Of a stretch of DNA of 64,000 bases, positions 56,672 through 64,000 are shown piece after piece; the stretch's first letter is position 1; each line of letters begins with the position of its first letter. The notes below the pieces were generated by a model, which did not search any database, was not told the DNA's origin, and saw nothing but the letters and a program-made list of their open reading frames with translations. Both the position numbers and the translations under genes were made by a program. The stretch comes from Salinivirgaceae bacterium (GTDB lineage Bacteria; Bacteroidota; Bacteroidia; Bacteroidales; SZUA-534). Location of the stretch: contig JAGCNL010000031.1 in NCBI GenBank assembly GCA_017645945.1, forward strand, positions 140,615 through 204,614. The letters are read 5' to 3'.

Positions 56672-58441
56672 CTACTCCTTCATCGCTTCCGCCACCAGTT
56701 CGGCCACGTCGGCGACGGGTGCCATTTGGGTGCGGTTGAGAGTTTTTTTGCAGAGCGGACAGGCGGTGGCAACCACGTCAGGGTGGTTGGTGGTAAGGCT
56801 TGTCATTGTTTGTTGGGCAATGCGCATTTTGTCGGCCGAAGGCAGCGTCAGGTTGGCCAGACTGCCGCCGCAGCAGAGCGAGTTTTTGCACTCGTCGGGA
56901 ACGGGTGTGAGAGTGGCAACGGCGTCGAGCACGGCACGCGGTTCGGCGTAGATTCCCGCACCGCGACCGAGTTCGCAGGGGTCGTGATAGGCCACGGCGG
57001 TATTGAGTTTGCCGACCTTGATTTTTCCACTGTCAATCAGGCGTTTGATATATTCGGTGTGGTGCAGAATCTCAATATCGAGATTGTAATCCTCGCGGAA
57101 AACCTTGTAGCAGATTGGGCACGACGTCACAAGCGTGCGGGCTCCGCTGTCGATAATCGACTGACGGTTTTTGGCCATCAGTTTTTCGGCGGCGGCGGTC
57201 TGTCCCGCAAGTTTCATCGGGCGGCCGCAGCATACGCCTCCGTCGGCGTCCATAAACCAGTAGTTGTCGCCCGAAGCGTTGAGAATCTTCACCATAGCGT
57301 CCTTTGTTTTCGGCACCAAATGGCCCATACAGCCAGTGAAAAAGACCACATCGACCTTTCGCGCTTCAGCGTTATTGTATTGCGGCACAAAGGTTTCGGG
57401 CGTGAAGTTCTGACGGTGGCGCAGGCGGATTGCGTTCAAATCTATCCCGACAGGGCAGACTGACTCGCATCGGCCGCACATCAGGCAGTTTTTGGCCTGC
57501 GCCGAATGTTCCTCGCTGTTGCGGATTCGCTGCAGGAAATAGACGGCCTGCGTATCGTGGTTGCCCACGGCGGTGTTGAGTTGGCAGCGGTCGATACAAA
57601 CGCCGCAGCGCGGGCACGAGAGCACCATCACCTCCTCGAGTATCGGATTGTCGGGCTTCAGGCGTATGCCCCAGTTGCGGAAGAAGATAAGCACCATCTC
57701 GGTTGGAATGTGCATATATCGGCTGAAGGGCAGCCCAATGAAGAACAGGCAAAGGTCGATTGAGTAGACCCACCAGAGCGGGTACTCCATCGCCTTGAGC
57801 GGCAATGTGGCGGCCATCAGTTGGCCTACGGGATAGGTCAGGAAGCCGCCCGAGCCGTGCAGGCCGCAGGTGGCGCTTTCGGCCAAAAGCCTCAACGGGA
57901 AAATGAGCCACAGCGAGTAGAGCACCATCTTATCGCGCAAGCGCAGTTGGGTGGTGCTTTTCATCCCCACAATGCGCTTGTAGAACCGCTTGACAATGGC
58001 CACCACCACGCCCGAGAGAACGAGCAGCAGCGCGGCGTCCATCAGTTGCACAAAGCCGCGGGCGAAGAAGAACGACTCGTCGTCGGGCACGAAATAGACG
58101 AAGAAAATGGGAAAATAGAACGGCGCGGCGCCACCCATATAGGTGTGCCCCTCGACGGCGCCAATGACTATGAGCAGAAACCAGCCAAAGGCCAGGCTCA
58201 TATGCATATAGCCTAACCGCTTGTTTACCAAGAACATCTTGCGGTGAATCAGGCTCTCGAGAAATATCTCCTTTGCGGCCTTGAGCGATTTCAGGCTGAA
58301 CAGTCCGCGAAGGATTTTGAGTTTGTCGTCGCGGTCGAAATACCAAATCCAACTTGCGTATTTCAGTATGAGATAGGCAAATAGCAGGCTCATTCCGACG
58401 GTGAACGGCAGCACGAATATGTCAAATGGTGTCGGATTCAT
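56672..58441 (-). CDS. Membrane-anchored Fe-S oxidoreductase: polytopic N-domain + 2x[4Fe-4S] + two CCG domains (HdrD/DsrMK/EMO-like fusion)
   Basis: About 5-6 N-terminal hydrophobic helices. CPRCGVCIDRCQ and CLMCGRCESVCP. CCG-domain cysteines GGVCCGRP, TSCPICYKVF, SLCCGGSL and TACPLCKKTL. Confidence 0.8.
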   Translation of the reverse strand: MNPTPFDIFVLPFTVGMSLLFAYLILKYASWIWYFDRDDKLKILRGLFSLKSLKAAKEIFLESLIHRKMFLVNKRLGYMHMSLAFGWFLLIVIGAVEGHTYMGGAAPFYFPIFFVYFVPDDESFFFARGFVQLMDAALLLVLSGVVVAIVKRFYKRIVGMKSTTQLRLRDKMVLYSLWLIFPLRLLAESATCGLHGSGGFLTYPVGQLMAATLPLKAMEYPLWWVYSIDLCLFFIGLPFSRYMHIPTEMVLIFFRNWGIRLKPDNPILEEVMVLSCPRCGVCIDRCQLNTAVGNHDTQAVYFLQRIRNSEEHSAQAKNCLMCGRCESVCPVGIDLNAIRLRHRQNFTPETFVPQYNNAEARKVDVVFFTGCMGHLVPKTKDAMVKILNASGDNYWFMDADGGVCCGRPMKLAGQTAAAEKLMAKNRQSIIDSGARTLVTSCPICYKVFREDYNLDIEILHHTEYIKRLIDSGKIKVGKLNTAVAYHDPCELGRGAGIYAEPRAVLDAVATLTPVPDECKNSLCCGGSLANLTLPSADKMRIAQQTMTSLTTNHPDVVATACPLCKKTLNRTQMAPVADVAELVAEAMKE

Positions 58442-58763
58442 ATTTCATCAAGGCTTCGCGTGTGTTAAGAACAATGTTGCGGATATTGACGCCGCGCGGG
58501 CAGACGAGCGTGCATTTGCCGCACAGCATACAGTTGTTGAGTTCGTTGCGCAGTTGCGTGTACTCGCCGCGTTGCAGCAGTGTGTTAAGGCGGCGTATGT
58601 TGAATGTGGGCAGCAGGTTCCCCGCCGAGCAGGTCGACGTGCAACCGCCGCAGGCCATACAAACGCGCAGCGACGGCTCGTTGTCCAAGACCGTCCGCAT
58701 TATCTCCTTGTCGTTGCGGTCGTAGTTGATACTCTGCGATTTTGCTATCTTAAAGCCCCACAT
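58422..58763 (-). CDS. 2x[4Fe-4S] ferredoxin-like protein (HdrC-like)
   Basis: CMACGGCTSTCS and CMLCGKCTLVCP. Overlaps the downstream gene by 20 nt. Confidence 0.75.
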   Translation of the reverse strand: MWGFKIAKSQSINYDRNDKEIMRTVLDNEPSLRVCMACGGCTSTCSAGNLLPTFNIRRLNTLLQRGEYTQLRNELNNCMLCGKCTLVCPRGVNIRNIVLNTREALMKYESDTI

Positions 58764-58770
58764 TTCTTAA

Positions 58771-58800
58771 TGTTTAGAAGTTTAGAGTTTAGAAGTTTAG
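58771..58800. repeat. Tandem 7-8-mers (A)AGTTTAG x4
   Basis: TGTTTAG, AAGTTTAG, AGTTTAG, AAGTTTAG fill the gap between the lipoprotein stop and the ferredoxin gene start. Confidence 0.8.
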
Positions 58801-58804
58801 TTTT

Positions 58805-60025
58805 TTATTCCTCAACATCCATAACTAAACGGACAGGTAAACGAGAAAATCGTTTATAAGACCAACCCATATTGGAATTCAACATATCGCTAATTCCTAC
58901 AGCCTTCGCTGAAAATTCGTCAGAGTAGTTCGCTATCCAATGTTCTTTTAAAGTTTCAAAATACAACAAGTTATTATATTTAGACAAATCATTTGGGGTA
59001 TTAATTACTTCGTTATCTTTTAAAGGATAGTCGCCACTATAAAAAACAAAACCATTTAAACACCTAAAATACTTTTCAATATAGTATGTGCACAAGAAAG
59101 ATTTGAATTCATCTCTTGTTAATGTCCGCCACATACCTGGTTTGTCACCACCATTTGATATTGGATTATAAACTCCCCAGTCGGCATAGGCATAATCGCC
59201 CGTCAAATCATATTCTCCTTGTGGTCCGTAGAGTTTACCAACAGAATCGGGAATTTCAGAGATATCATCAGAATTGTATCCATCGTATGGCCGATAATAA
59301 GTGGCGCCGCTTCCACTCCATCCACTTGTTCCCCACGCAAAATCATCAATCCAACCATCGTATGTGGCGCTAACATTTAAATCGCTATTAATCATATTGG
59401 TTTGATTTTCAGCAAAACGCCAGGTGCCAGGTGCTGTTGTTCCGTCGGCTCGTGTGTGAGTACCCAATGAAGGATTAAATTGCAGATAGCCTTTTGAGAA
59501 AATCACACGCTTGGTTGGACTAACAAAAAACAATGCGTGGATTGAACCTTCAGGGTATGGTTTGAATGTCGCAGTCAAGTTTTCTCCCGCAGAAACATCT
59601 ACTTTTTTGGATAGTTCATAAGAACCGTCGCTCCATTTTACAAAATAACAATTCTCATTAGGGATTGCCTCATAAAGATAATAAGTGCCGCCTTCCGAAA
59701 TTGTTATTTTAACGCTTCCATATTCACTACTTTCAATTTTTCCGAATATTGCAGAAAGTGACTTATTGGCTGTTACTGTGATTGTTAAAACGCTATCTTC
59801 AGACTTATAGTCGCCAACCCACCTTGCGAAATAATACCCAGGATTGGCAATTGCAGTTAAAGTTGCTTTTTCTCCTTCCTCATACTCACCACCACCAGTA
59901 ATGGTCCCTTGTTCGGGGTCGCAGGCAACTTCAATGTGGAATTTCGTTTTTTCCTCTTTACACGAGTTGAAAGCAACCAAAAGTGCCAAAGCGGCGATAG
60001 CGGATTTGAAAATGTTGGTGGTCAT
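58805..60025 (-). CDS. Lipoprotein with Listeria-Bacteroides (InlB B-type) repeats and a DUF1566/FISUMP-like C-domain
   Basis: Lipobox VAFNSC. GTITGGGEYEEGEKATLTAIANPGYYFARWVGDY and NENCYFVKWSDGS. C-terminal part has WRTLTRDEFKSFL. Visibly AT-rich relative to the flanking hdr-like genes. Confidence 0.7.
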   Translation of the reverse strand: MTTNIFKSAIAALALLVAFNSCKEEKTKFHIEVACDPEQGTITGGGEYEEGEKATLTAIANPGYYFARWVGDYKSEDSVLTITVTANKSLSAIFGKIESSEYGSVKITISEGGTYYLYEAIPNENCYFVKWSDGSYELSKKVDVSAGENLTATFKPYPEGSIHALFFVSPTKRVIFSKGYLQFNPSLGTHTRADGTTAPGTWRFAENQTNMINSDLNVSATYDGWIDDFAWGTSGWSGSGATYYRPYDGYNSDDISEIPDSVGKLYGPQGEYDLTGDYAYADWGVYNPISNGGDKPGMWRTLTRDEFKSFLCTYYIEKYFRCLNGFVFYSGDYPLKDNEVINTPNDLSKYNNLLYFETLKEHWIANYSDEFSAKAVGISDMLNSNMGWSYKRFSRLPVRLVMDVEE

Positions 60026-60052
60026 AGTTGGTATGGTTTTAAATTTTCAATT

Positions 60053-60099
60053 TATTCTGAATTCTGAATTCTGCATTCTGAATTCGTAATTTCTAACTC
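60053..60099. repeat. Tandem heptamers AATTCTG-type
   Basis: TATTCTG, AATTCTG, AATTCTG, CATTCTG, AATTCGT, AATTTCT, AACTCCT. The series runs on into the last codons of the HdrA-like gene. On the transcribed (minus) strand it reads CAGAATT-type, the same family as 51086-51127. Confidence 0.85.
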
Positions 60100-61131
60100 C
60101 TAACTCCTACCTTCTAAATAATTGTGTATCGAAATCGCCGCGGCTCGGGCGTTGGCAATGGTGTCGATAATGTTCATTGGGGCGGTGCAGGCGCCAGCGG
60201 TGAACACGCCAGGCAGGTTGGTGCTGTTGTAGCGCGTGTAGTTGTCGGCCGAGCGGAAGAATCGGTTTGCGCCGCGCTCAATGCCAAGTTGTTTGGCGAC
60301 GGGCTCGTCGGTGTCGGCCTCCATTCCGCACATCAGCACCAGAAGGTCGGTGCGCATATGCAGGGGCTTGCCAATGAGAGTGTCTTCGGCTTTTATCTGA
60401 ATCTCGCCGTCGAGATTGGCTGCCGCCTCCGAAATCTTTCCGCGCACAAACGTCACTTTCCATTTCTCCTGCGCCTCGCGGTAAAGTTCCTCATAGTAAG
60501 GCCCGAACATTCGAATGTCCATATAGAAGCAGAAAACCTCGGTTTCGGGGTGGCGGCGTTTGATTTCGATTGCCTGTTTCACAGCCGTCACGCAGCAAAC
60601 CTTTGAGCAATAGTGATTTCCGACCTTTTCGTCGCGCGAGCCAATGCAGTGCAGCAGAATCACTCGCCGCGGCACTTCGCCTTTCACGTTCTTGAGAGCG
60701 TTGTTTTTCAGCATCGCCTCGAGTTCGAAACTGTTTATCACGCCAGGATAGATTCCGTAGCCGTACTCCTCCTTGCGAGCGGCATCGAACAGGCGGTAGC
60801 CAGTGGCCATCAGCACGGCGTCGGCCTCAAGCGTTTGGCCTTTGTCGGTTTTCAGCGCAAAGCGATTGTCAATCTGTTTGCAATCAGTCACTTGCGTTTC
60901 GGTTAGAATATCGATATTGGCATTTTTGACGTGCGAGAGCATCTCCTGCAGAACCTCGTTGGCGGGGCGCTTGTCGGGGAAGAGATTGTACATCTGCCTT
61001 AAATGGCCGCCAAGTTCACTGTCCTTCTCGATTAGCCACACGTGGTGCCCAAGCCCCGCAAGGCTTGCCGCTGCCTCAATTCCAGCAGGTCCGCCACCAA
61101 TTATTGCTATGTTTTTCTGTTGCATAATCAT
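60100..61131 (-). CDS. HdrA-like FAD-dependent oxidoreductase (short form)
   Basis: The track ORF reaches 61152. ATG 61131-61129 shares its A with the upstream TGA (TGATG). IAIIGGGPAGIEAA (FAD fold) and HCIGSRDEKVGNHYCSKVCCVTA (HdrA Cys cluster). Confidence 0.8.
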   Translation of the reverse strand: MIMQQKNIAIIGGGPAGIEAAASLAGLGHHVWLIEKDSELGGHLRQMYNLFPDKRPANEVLQEMLSHVKNANIDILTETQVTDCKQIDNRFALKTDKGQTLEADAVLMATGYRLFDAARKEEYGYGIYPGVINSFELEAMLKNNALKNVKGEVPRRVILLHCIGSRDEKVGNHYCSKVCCVTAVKQAIEIKRRHPETEVFCFYMDIRMFGPYYEELYREAQEKWKVTFVRGKISEAAANLDGEIQIKAEDTLIGKPLHMRTDLLVLMCGMEADTDEPVAKQLGIERGANRFFRSADNYTRYNSTNLPGVFTAGACTAPMNIIDTIANARAAAISIHNYLEGRS

Positions 61132-62162
61132 CACTGTTTTTTGCCGCGCCACTGATTTTTTGGCACATATTCGATTCCCATCTTGTCGAGCAGTGGCTCC
61201 ACGTCAATTTGGTGCATCTGCAGGCCCAACTCCCACGGGTCGTAGCCCAGCACAAGACCAGCCATTTCCTCGTAGGTGAGCGACGGAATGCCTTGTCCGT
61301 CAGGTCCGTATGTGGTGCCTTCCATCTGTTGGATTGTATATTGCCAGCGGTCAAGGAACATTGCGCAGCCAGGGCAGTTGGCAACAATGAAATCGGGGTT
61401 GTATGGCGCCATCGACTCAAATTTCTTCTTCGAGTTGGCGATTGAATATCCGCGGTTGGCCATCACCAGATAGTTGCGGAAGCCGAAACCGCAGCAGTGG
61501 CGGCGTTCGGGGTAGTCAATCGGGGTGCCGCCCCACGCATCAACCATTCCTGTGAGCACGCGCGGGAACTCCGCTCCGCCAACGCCCTTCGTGGGGAACA
61601 TCTTTGCATAGTGGCAGCCAATGTGGTCAACCACCTTGAGCGGCTCGCCAGTCTTCACATTCACCAGTGGGTGAACCATTTGCGCGGCAATCTCGTTGCG
61701 GAATTTATAGATAGTGTCCGACGTGTGGGCAATGTTTTTCGGTTTCTTGAACTCGCGGCGGGTGGCGTCCCAAAGATATTGGCGCACCCGAGCCTCCTCT
61801 TCGGGGAACTCCTCCCAGGTGTGCAGCAGTTCGGTGTAGAGTCCGAACGACGTGACGCACGAAATGGCCATATTCTCGTATCCAGCCTCCGTCATCAGCG
61901 CAAAGTGCCGCGCAATGACGGTTTCGGTGGTCTGCATCGGCACAAGGTCAGAGTGATAGGCAATGCCCGTGCAGGTAGTGTGGTTGGGGTCGTCGAAAAG
62001 GTCCTTGCCCAACTTGTCGCGCATAATGTTCAGATAGGCCTTCTCCGAAGCGGGGAAGAACGTCTGACGGATACAACTCCGACAGTAGTAGTAGTGGTCG
62101 TCGGCTATATCTTTTTGATATTTAGCCCACAAGTTCTGTTTTGCAACGCATTGTTCACTCAT
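61131..62162 (-). CDS. HdrB-like CCG-domain protein
   Basis: VDHIGCHYAKMF, RRHCCGFGFRNY and ANCPGCAMFLD. Confidence 0.8.
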   Translation of the reverse strand: MSEQCVAKQNLWAKYQKDIADDHYYYCRSCIRQTFFPASEKAYLNIMRDKLGKDLFDDPNHTTCTGIAYHSDLVPMQTTETVIARHFALMTEAGYENMAISCVTSFGLYTELLHTWEEFPEEEARVRQYLWDATRREFKKPKNIAHTSDTIYKFRNEIAAQMVHPLVNVKTGEPLKVVDHIGCHYAKMFPTKGVGGAEFPRVLTGMVDAWGGTPIDYPERRHCCGFGFRNYLVMANRGYSIANSKKKFESMAPYNPDFIVANCPGCAMFLDRWQYTIQQMEGTTYGPDGQGIPSLTYEEMAGLVLGYDPWELGLQMHQIDVEPLLDKMGIEYVPKNQWRGKKQ

Positions 62163-62850
62163 CGTAGTCGGAATTTGTTTTGAAAACCATATTCAGATAG
62201 TCGCCGTTCTCAAAATCGACGCCCATCTCTTTGGCCTTTTCGGCCGAATATTTTTCAATGCAGTCGTACATCTCTGTGCCGCCCGTCACGTCGAAGATTT
62301 TCTTGAGTTCGTCAAGGTTCTTTTGGTCGATTTTGCGCAGCGGTCCAGGGCCTTCTTTCTTGTACGGAATGCCCAGATTCTGCATAAACTCTTCGGTGTT
62401 GTTGTAGATATTCTCCCAGTTGGGGCCCTGTTCGGGGTGCATCCACGGTGTCACAATGTCGGGATAGACGCAGTAGCCGCGCTCCAGAATGCTCTGCCCC
62501 ACGGTGCGCTTGATTGCAAACTGCTGACGGCCCTTCTCCGAGCAGGTGAAGTAGCCCAGTTTGACCGACAGTTTGCGCAGCGCCTGAATGACGAATCCAG
62601 GCGTGTTTCCGCGCGGACAGCGGGTTTTGCAACTCATACACTGCCCGCAGTACCAAATGGTCTCCGATTTCAGAAGGGCCTCAATCACGGCCTCGTCTTT
62701 CTTCTGCACCTCGTCCACAATGCGGCGCGGGTCGTAGTCGTAGAACTCGGCGGCAGGGCACACGCCCGTGCACATTCCGCAGTTCATACAGGCGTTCAGT
62801 CCCTCGACAAAACGCACATCTTCCATCAATTGGTCGTAAAGTTTGCCCAT
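62155..62850 (-). CDS. HdrC-like 2x[4Fe-4S] protein
   Basis: The track start at 62856 is GTG; ATG 62850-62848 gives MGKLYDQLMED. CMNCGMCTGVCP and CGQCMSCKTRCP. An 8-nt overlap with the next gene. Confidence 0.8.
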   Translation of the reverse strand: MGKLYDQLMEDVRFVEGLNACMNCGMCTGVCPAAEFYDYDPRRIVDEVQKKDEAVIEALLKSETIWYCGQCMSCKTRCPRGNTPGFVIQALRKLSVKLGYFTCSEKGRQQFAIKRTVGQSILERGYCVYPDIVTPWMHPEQGPNWENIYNNTEEFMQNLGIPYKKEGPGPLRKIDQKNLDELKKIFDVTGGTEMYDCIEKYSAEKAKEMGVDFENGDYLNMVFKTNSDYDE

Positions 62851-62868
62851 ACCCACCTATTAACGCTG

Positions 62869-62876
62869 CAAAAGTA
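62869..62876 (-). promoter_or_regulatory. -7 promoter motif TACTTTTG
   Basis: CAAAAGTA on the plus strand, 19 nt upstream of ATG 62850. Confidence 0.4.
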
Positions 62877-63022
62877 GGGGTTAATAGGCAGACGCGATAG
62901 CCATTTTATGCCTAAAAAAAGGTGGTATTTATACTTAGTGGCTAGCAAATATGAAGGATTGAGGGTGAGATTGTCTTGATTTTTGACGGAGAAAACTCGT
63001 TTTTTTTAGCAATTTTGCGGCC

Positions 63023-63838
63023 ATGCGAAACACCGTTACCGATATGAACGCAAACCAACAGCACCACACTCACGGGCGGGCAGCCAATCTGCTCCGCGGC
63101 GTTGCCGTGTGCGTGCTGTGTACAGCGCTTTCGCAACCATCAGCGGCCTCTTTTCGCGACAGCGTTCCCGCCATCGACGACACTCCCTGCCAATTCCGTC
63201 CGCAGCAACTTATCGCTCCTGCAGTACTCATCACGGTTGGCTCCATTGGCGTCTCAAACGACTGGTTTGTTGACCTGAAAAACGACTGGCGCGACAATCT
63301 CTACGACTGGCGCGGCAACCACCGTTTCCACATCGACGACCATGTTCAGTATCTGCCCATCGCCTCGAACGTTGGGCTCGGGTTTGTTGGCGTGCCAGCG
63401 CGTCATCCGTTCCGCGAACGGCTGGTGGTGTCGGCCACTGGCTATGTCACAATGCAAACAATAGTGTCGGTCACCAAGCATTTTGTGAACGAGAAACGCC
63501 CCGATACCAACGGCCGCAACTCGTTCCCGTCGGGGCACACGGCCATGGCTTTTGTGGGTGCCGAGATGATTCGCAAGGAATACGGAAACGCCTGGGGTGC
63601 AGGTGCTTACGTATTTGCAAGCGGCATTGGCTTCATGCGGACGTACAACGACCGCCACTGGCTGAACGACGTGATTGGCGGCGCAGGTTTTGGCATTCTG
63701 GCGGCCAACATCGCCTATTGGGTGCTCCCGCTTGAGCGCCGCATCCTGCATTGGGACCAATCGACCGAGATGAGCATCGTCCCCACCTACAATTCCGACA
63801 ACCACAGTTTCGGATTCGCTTTCACAGCCGTGTTTTAA
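63023..63838 (+). CDS. PAP2-family (type 2 phosphatidic acid phosphatase) membrane phosphatase
   Basis: KHFVNEKRP, PSGH and MRTYNDRHWLNDV match the three PAP2 motifs. Confidence 0.85.
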   Translation: MRNTVTDMNANQQHHTHGRAANLLRGVAVCVLCTALSQPSAASFRDSVPAIDDTPCQFRPQQLIAPAVLITVGSIGVSNDWFVDLKNDWRDNLYDWRGNHRFHIDDHVQYLPIASNVGLGFVGVPARHPFRERLVVSATGYVTMQTIVSVTKHFVNEKRPDTNGRNSFPSGHTAMAFVGAEMIRKEYGNAWGAGAYVFASGIGFMRTYNDRHWLNDVIGGAGFGILAANIAYWVLPLERRILHWDQSTEMSIVPTYNSDNHSFGFAFTAVF

Positions 63839-63849
63839 ATCAATAAAAA

Positions 63850-63879
63850 AAGCCGCAAACCCTTTCGGATTCGCGGCTT
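63850..63879 (-). terminator. Hairpin between convergent genes, U-tract on the minus strand
   Basis: 13-bp stem with two mismatches (63850-63862 / 63867-63879). The plus-strand A-run at 63845-63851 gives a U-tract for the minus-strand gene that stops at 63908. Confidence 0.5.
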
Positions 63880-63907
63880 CAATAAACTTATTATCTAACC
63901 TAATTTT

Positions 63908-64000
63908 TTAAGCCTCTGCAGATGCCATCTTCTCTGCCGCAACTGTCTCTTTAACAGTCTCGTTGGCAGTTTGTTTCTGCTGCTCGCAAACATTGTCATC
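63908..64000 (-). CDS. 3' end of an unidentified gene (30 codons + stop)
   Basis: My translation reads ...DDNVCEQQKQTANETVKETVAAEKMASAEA*. It is in frame to the window edge and followed by a terminator. Product unknown. Confidence 0.35.
   Translation of the reverse strand, partial: DDNVCEQQKQTANETVKETVAAEKMASAEA

Noticed and set aside
56672-62856. Hdr-like genes as archaeal contamination or a mis-assembly.
   Set aside because: Composition and codon style match the neighbouring bacterial genes. The operon has a Bacteroidetes-type promoter motif. It is physically contiguous with the SOD and PAP2 genes and with a Bacteroidales-type lipoprotein.

Overview
The window looks like a Bacteroidales (Bacteroidota) chromosome segment. 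Support: many lipoprotein signal peptides, a T9SS C-terminal sorting domain, dense glycoside hydrolase content, and repeated TAnnTTTG (-7) promoter motifs just upstream of genes. I saw no rRNA, tRNA, CRISPR array, integrase or transposase.

Layout:
- 1-18.9 kb, minus strand: glycan-degradation cluster with a partial GH2, three GH97, one GH43 and two CE1-type esterases. No SusC/SusD lies in the window.
- About 1.7-7.1 kb: an AT-rich islet splits this cluster. It carries an orphan secreted protein, a promoter-to-terminator structured RNA candidate, and a tandem array of three paralogous genes plus one orphan fragment. Each gene has a variable ORF6N or RhuM DNA-binding head and a conserved single PLD/HKD-like tail.
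- 19-29.7 kb: orphan AT-rich genes, surface lipoproteins, a coupled lipoprotein/beta-barrel pair and a GH9-like enzyme.
- 29.9-46.6 kb: exopolysaccharide locus (Wzx flippase, polytopic membrane protein, ATP-grasp, GT4 x2, deacetylase-like, WecB, GT). A separately terminated 2208-aa T9SS adhesin gene interrupts it.
- 46.7-56.5 kb: murB, a TRIC-family channel, AraC plus a TolC-HlyD-2xABC-2 efflux operon, a secreted protein and Fe/Mn SOD.
- 56.7-62.9 kb, minus strand: a heterodisulfide-reductase-like operon (HdrC-B-A-like, then a ferredoxin and a membrane FeS/CCG fusion). An AT-rich lipoprotein gene interrupts it.
- A PAP2 phosphatase gene and a partial CDS at the right edge complete the window.

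Most interesting:
- The PLD-like-tail gene array.
- The structured RNA candidate.
- The Hdr-like operon.
- Intergenic spacers built from degenerate heptamer tandem repeats.

All family calls come from my own reading of motifs, with no searches run. Several track ORFs begin at GTG or TTG codons or overlap terminators or promoters, so I trimmed them to ATG starts.
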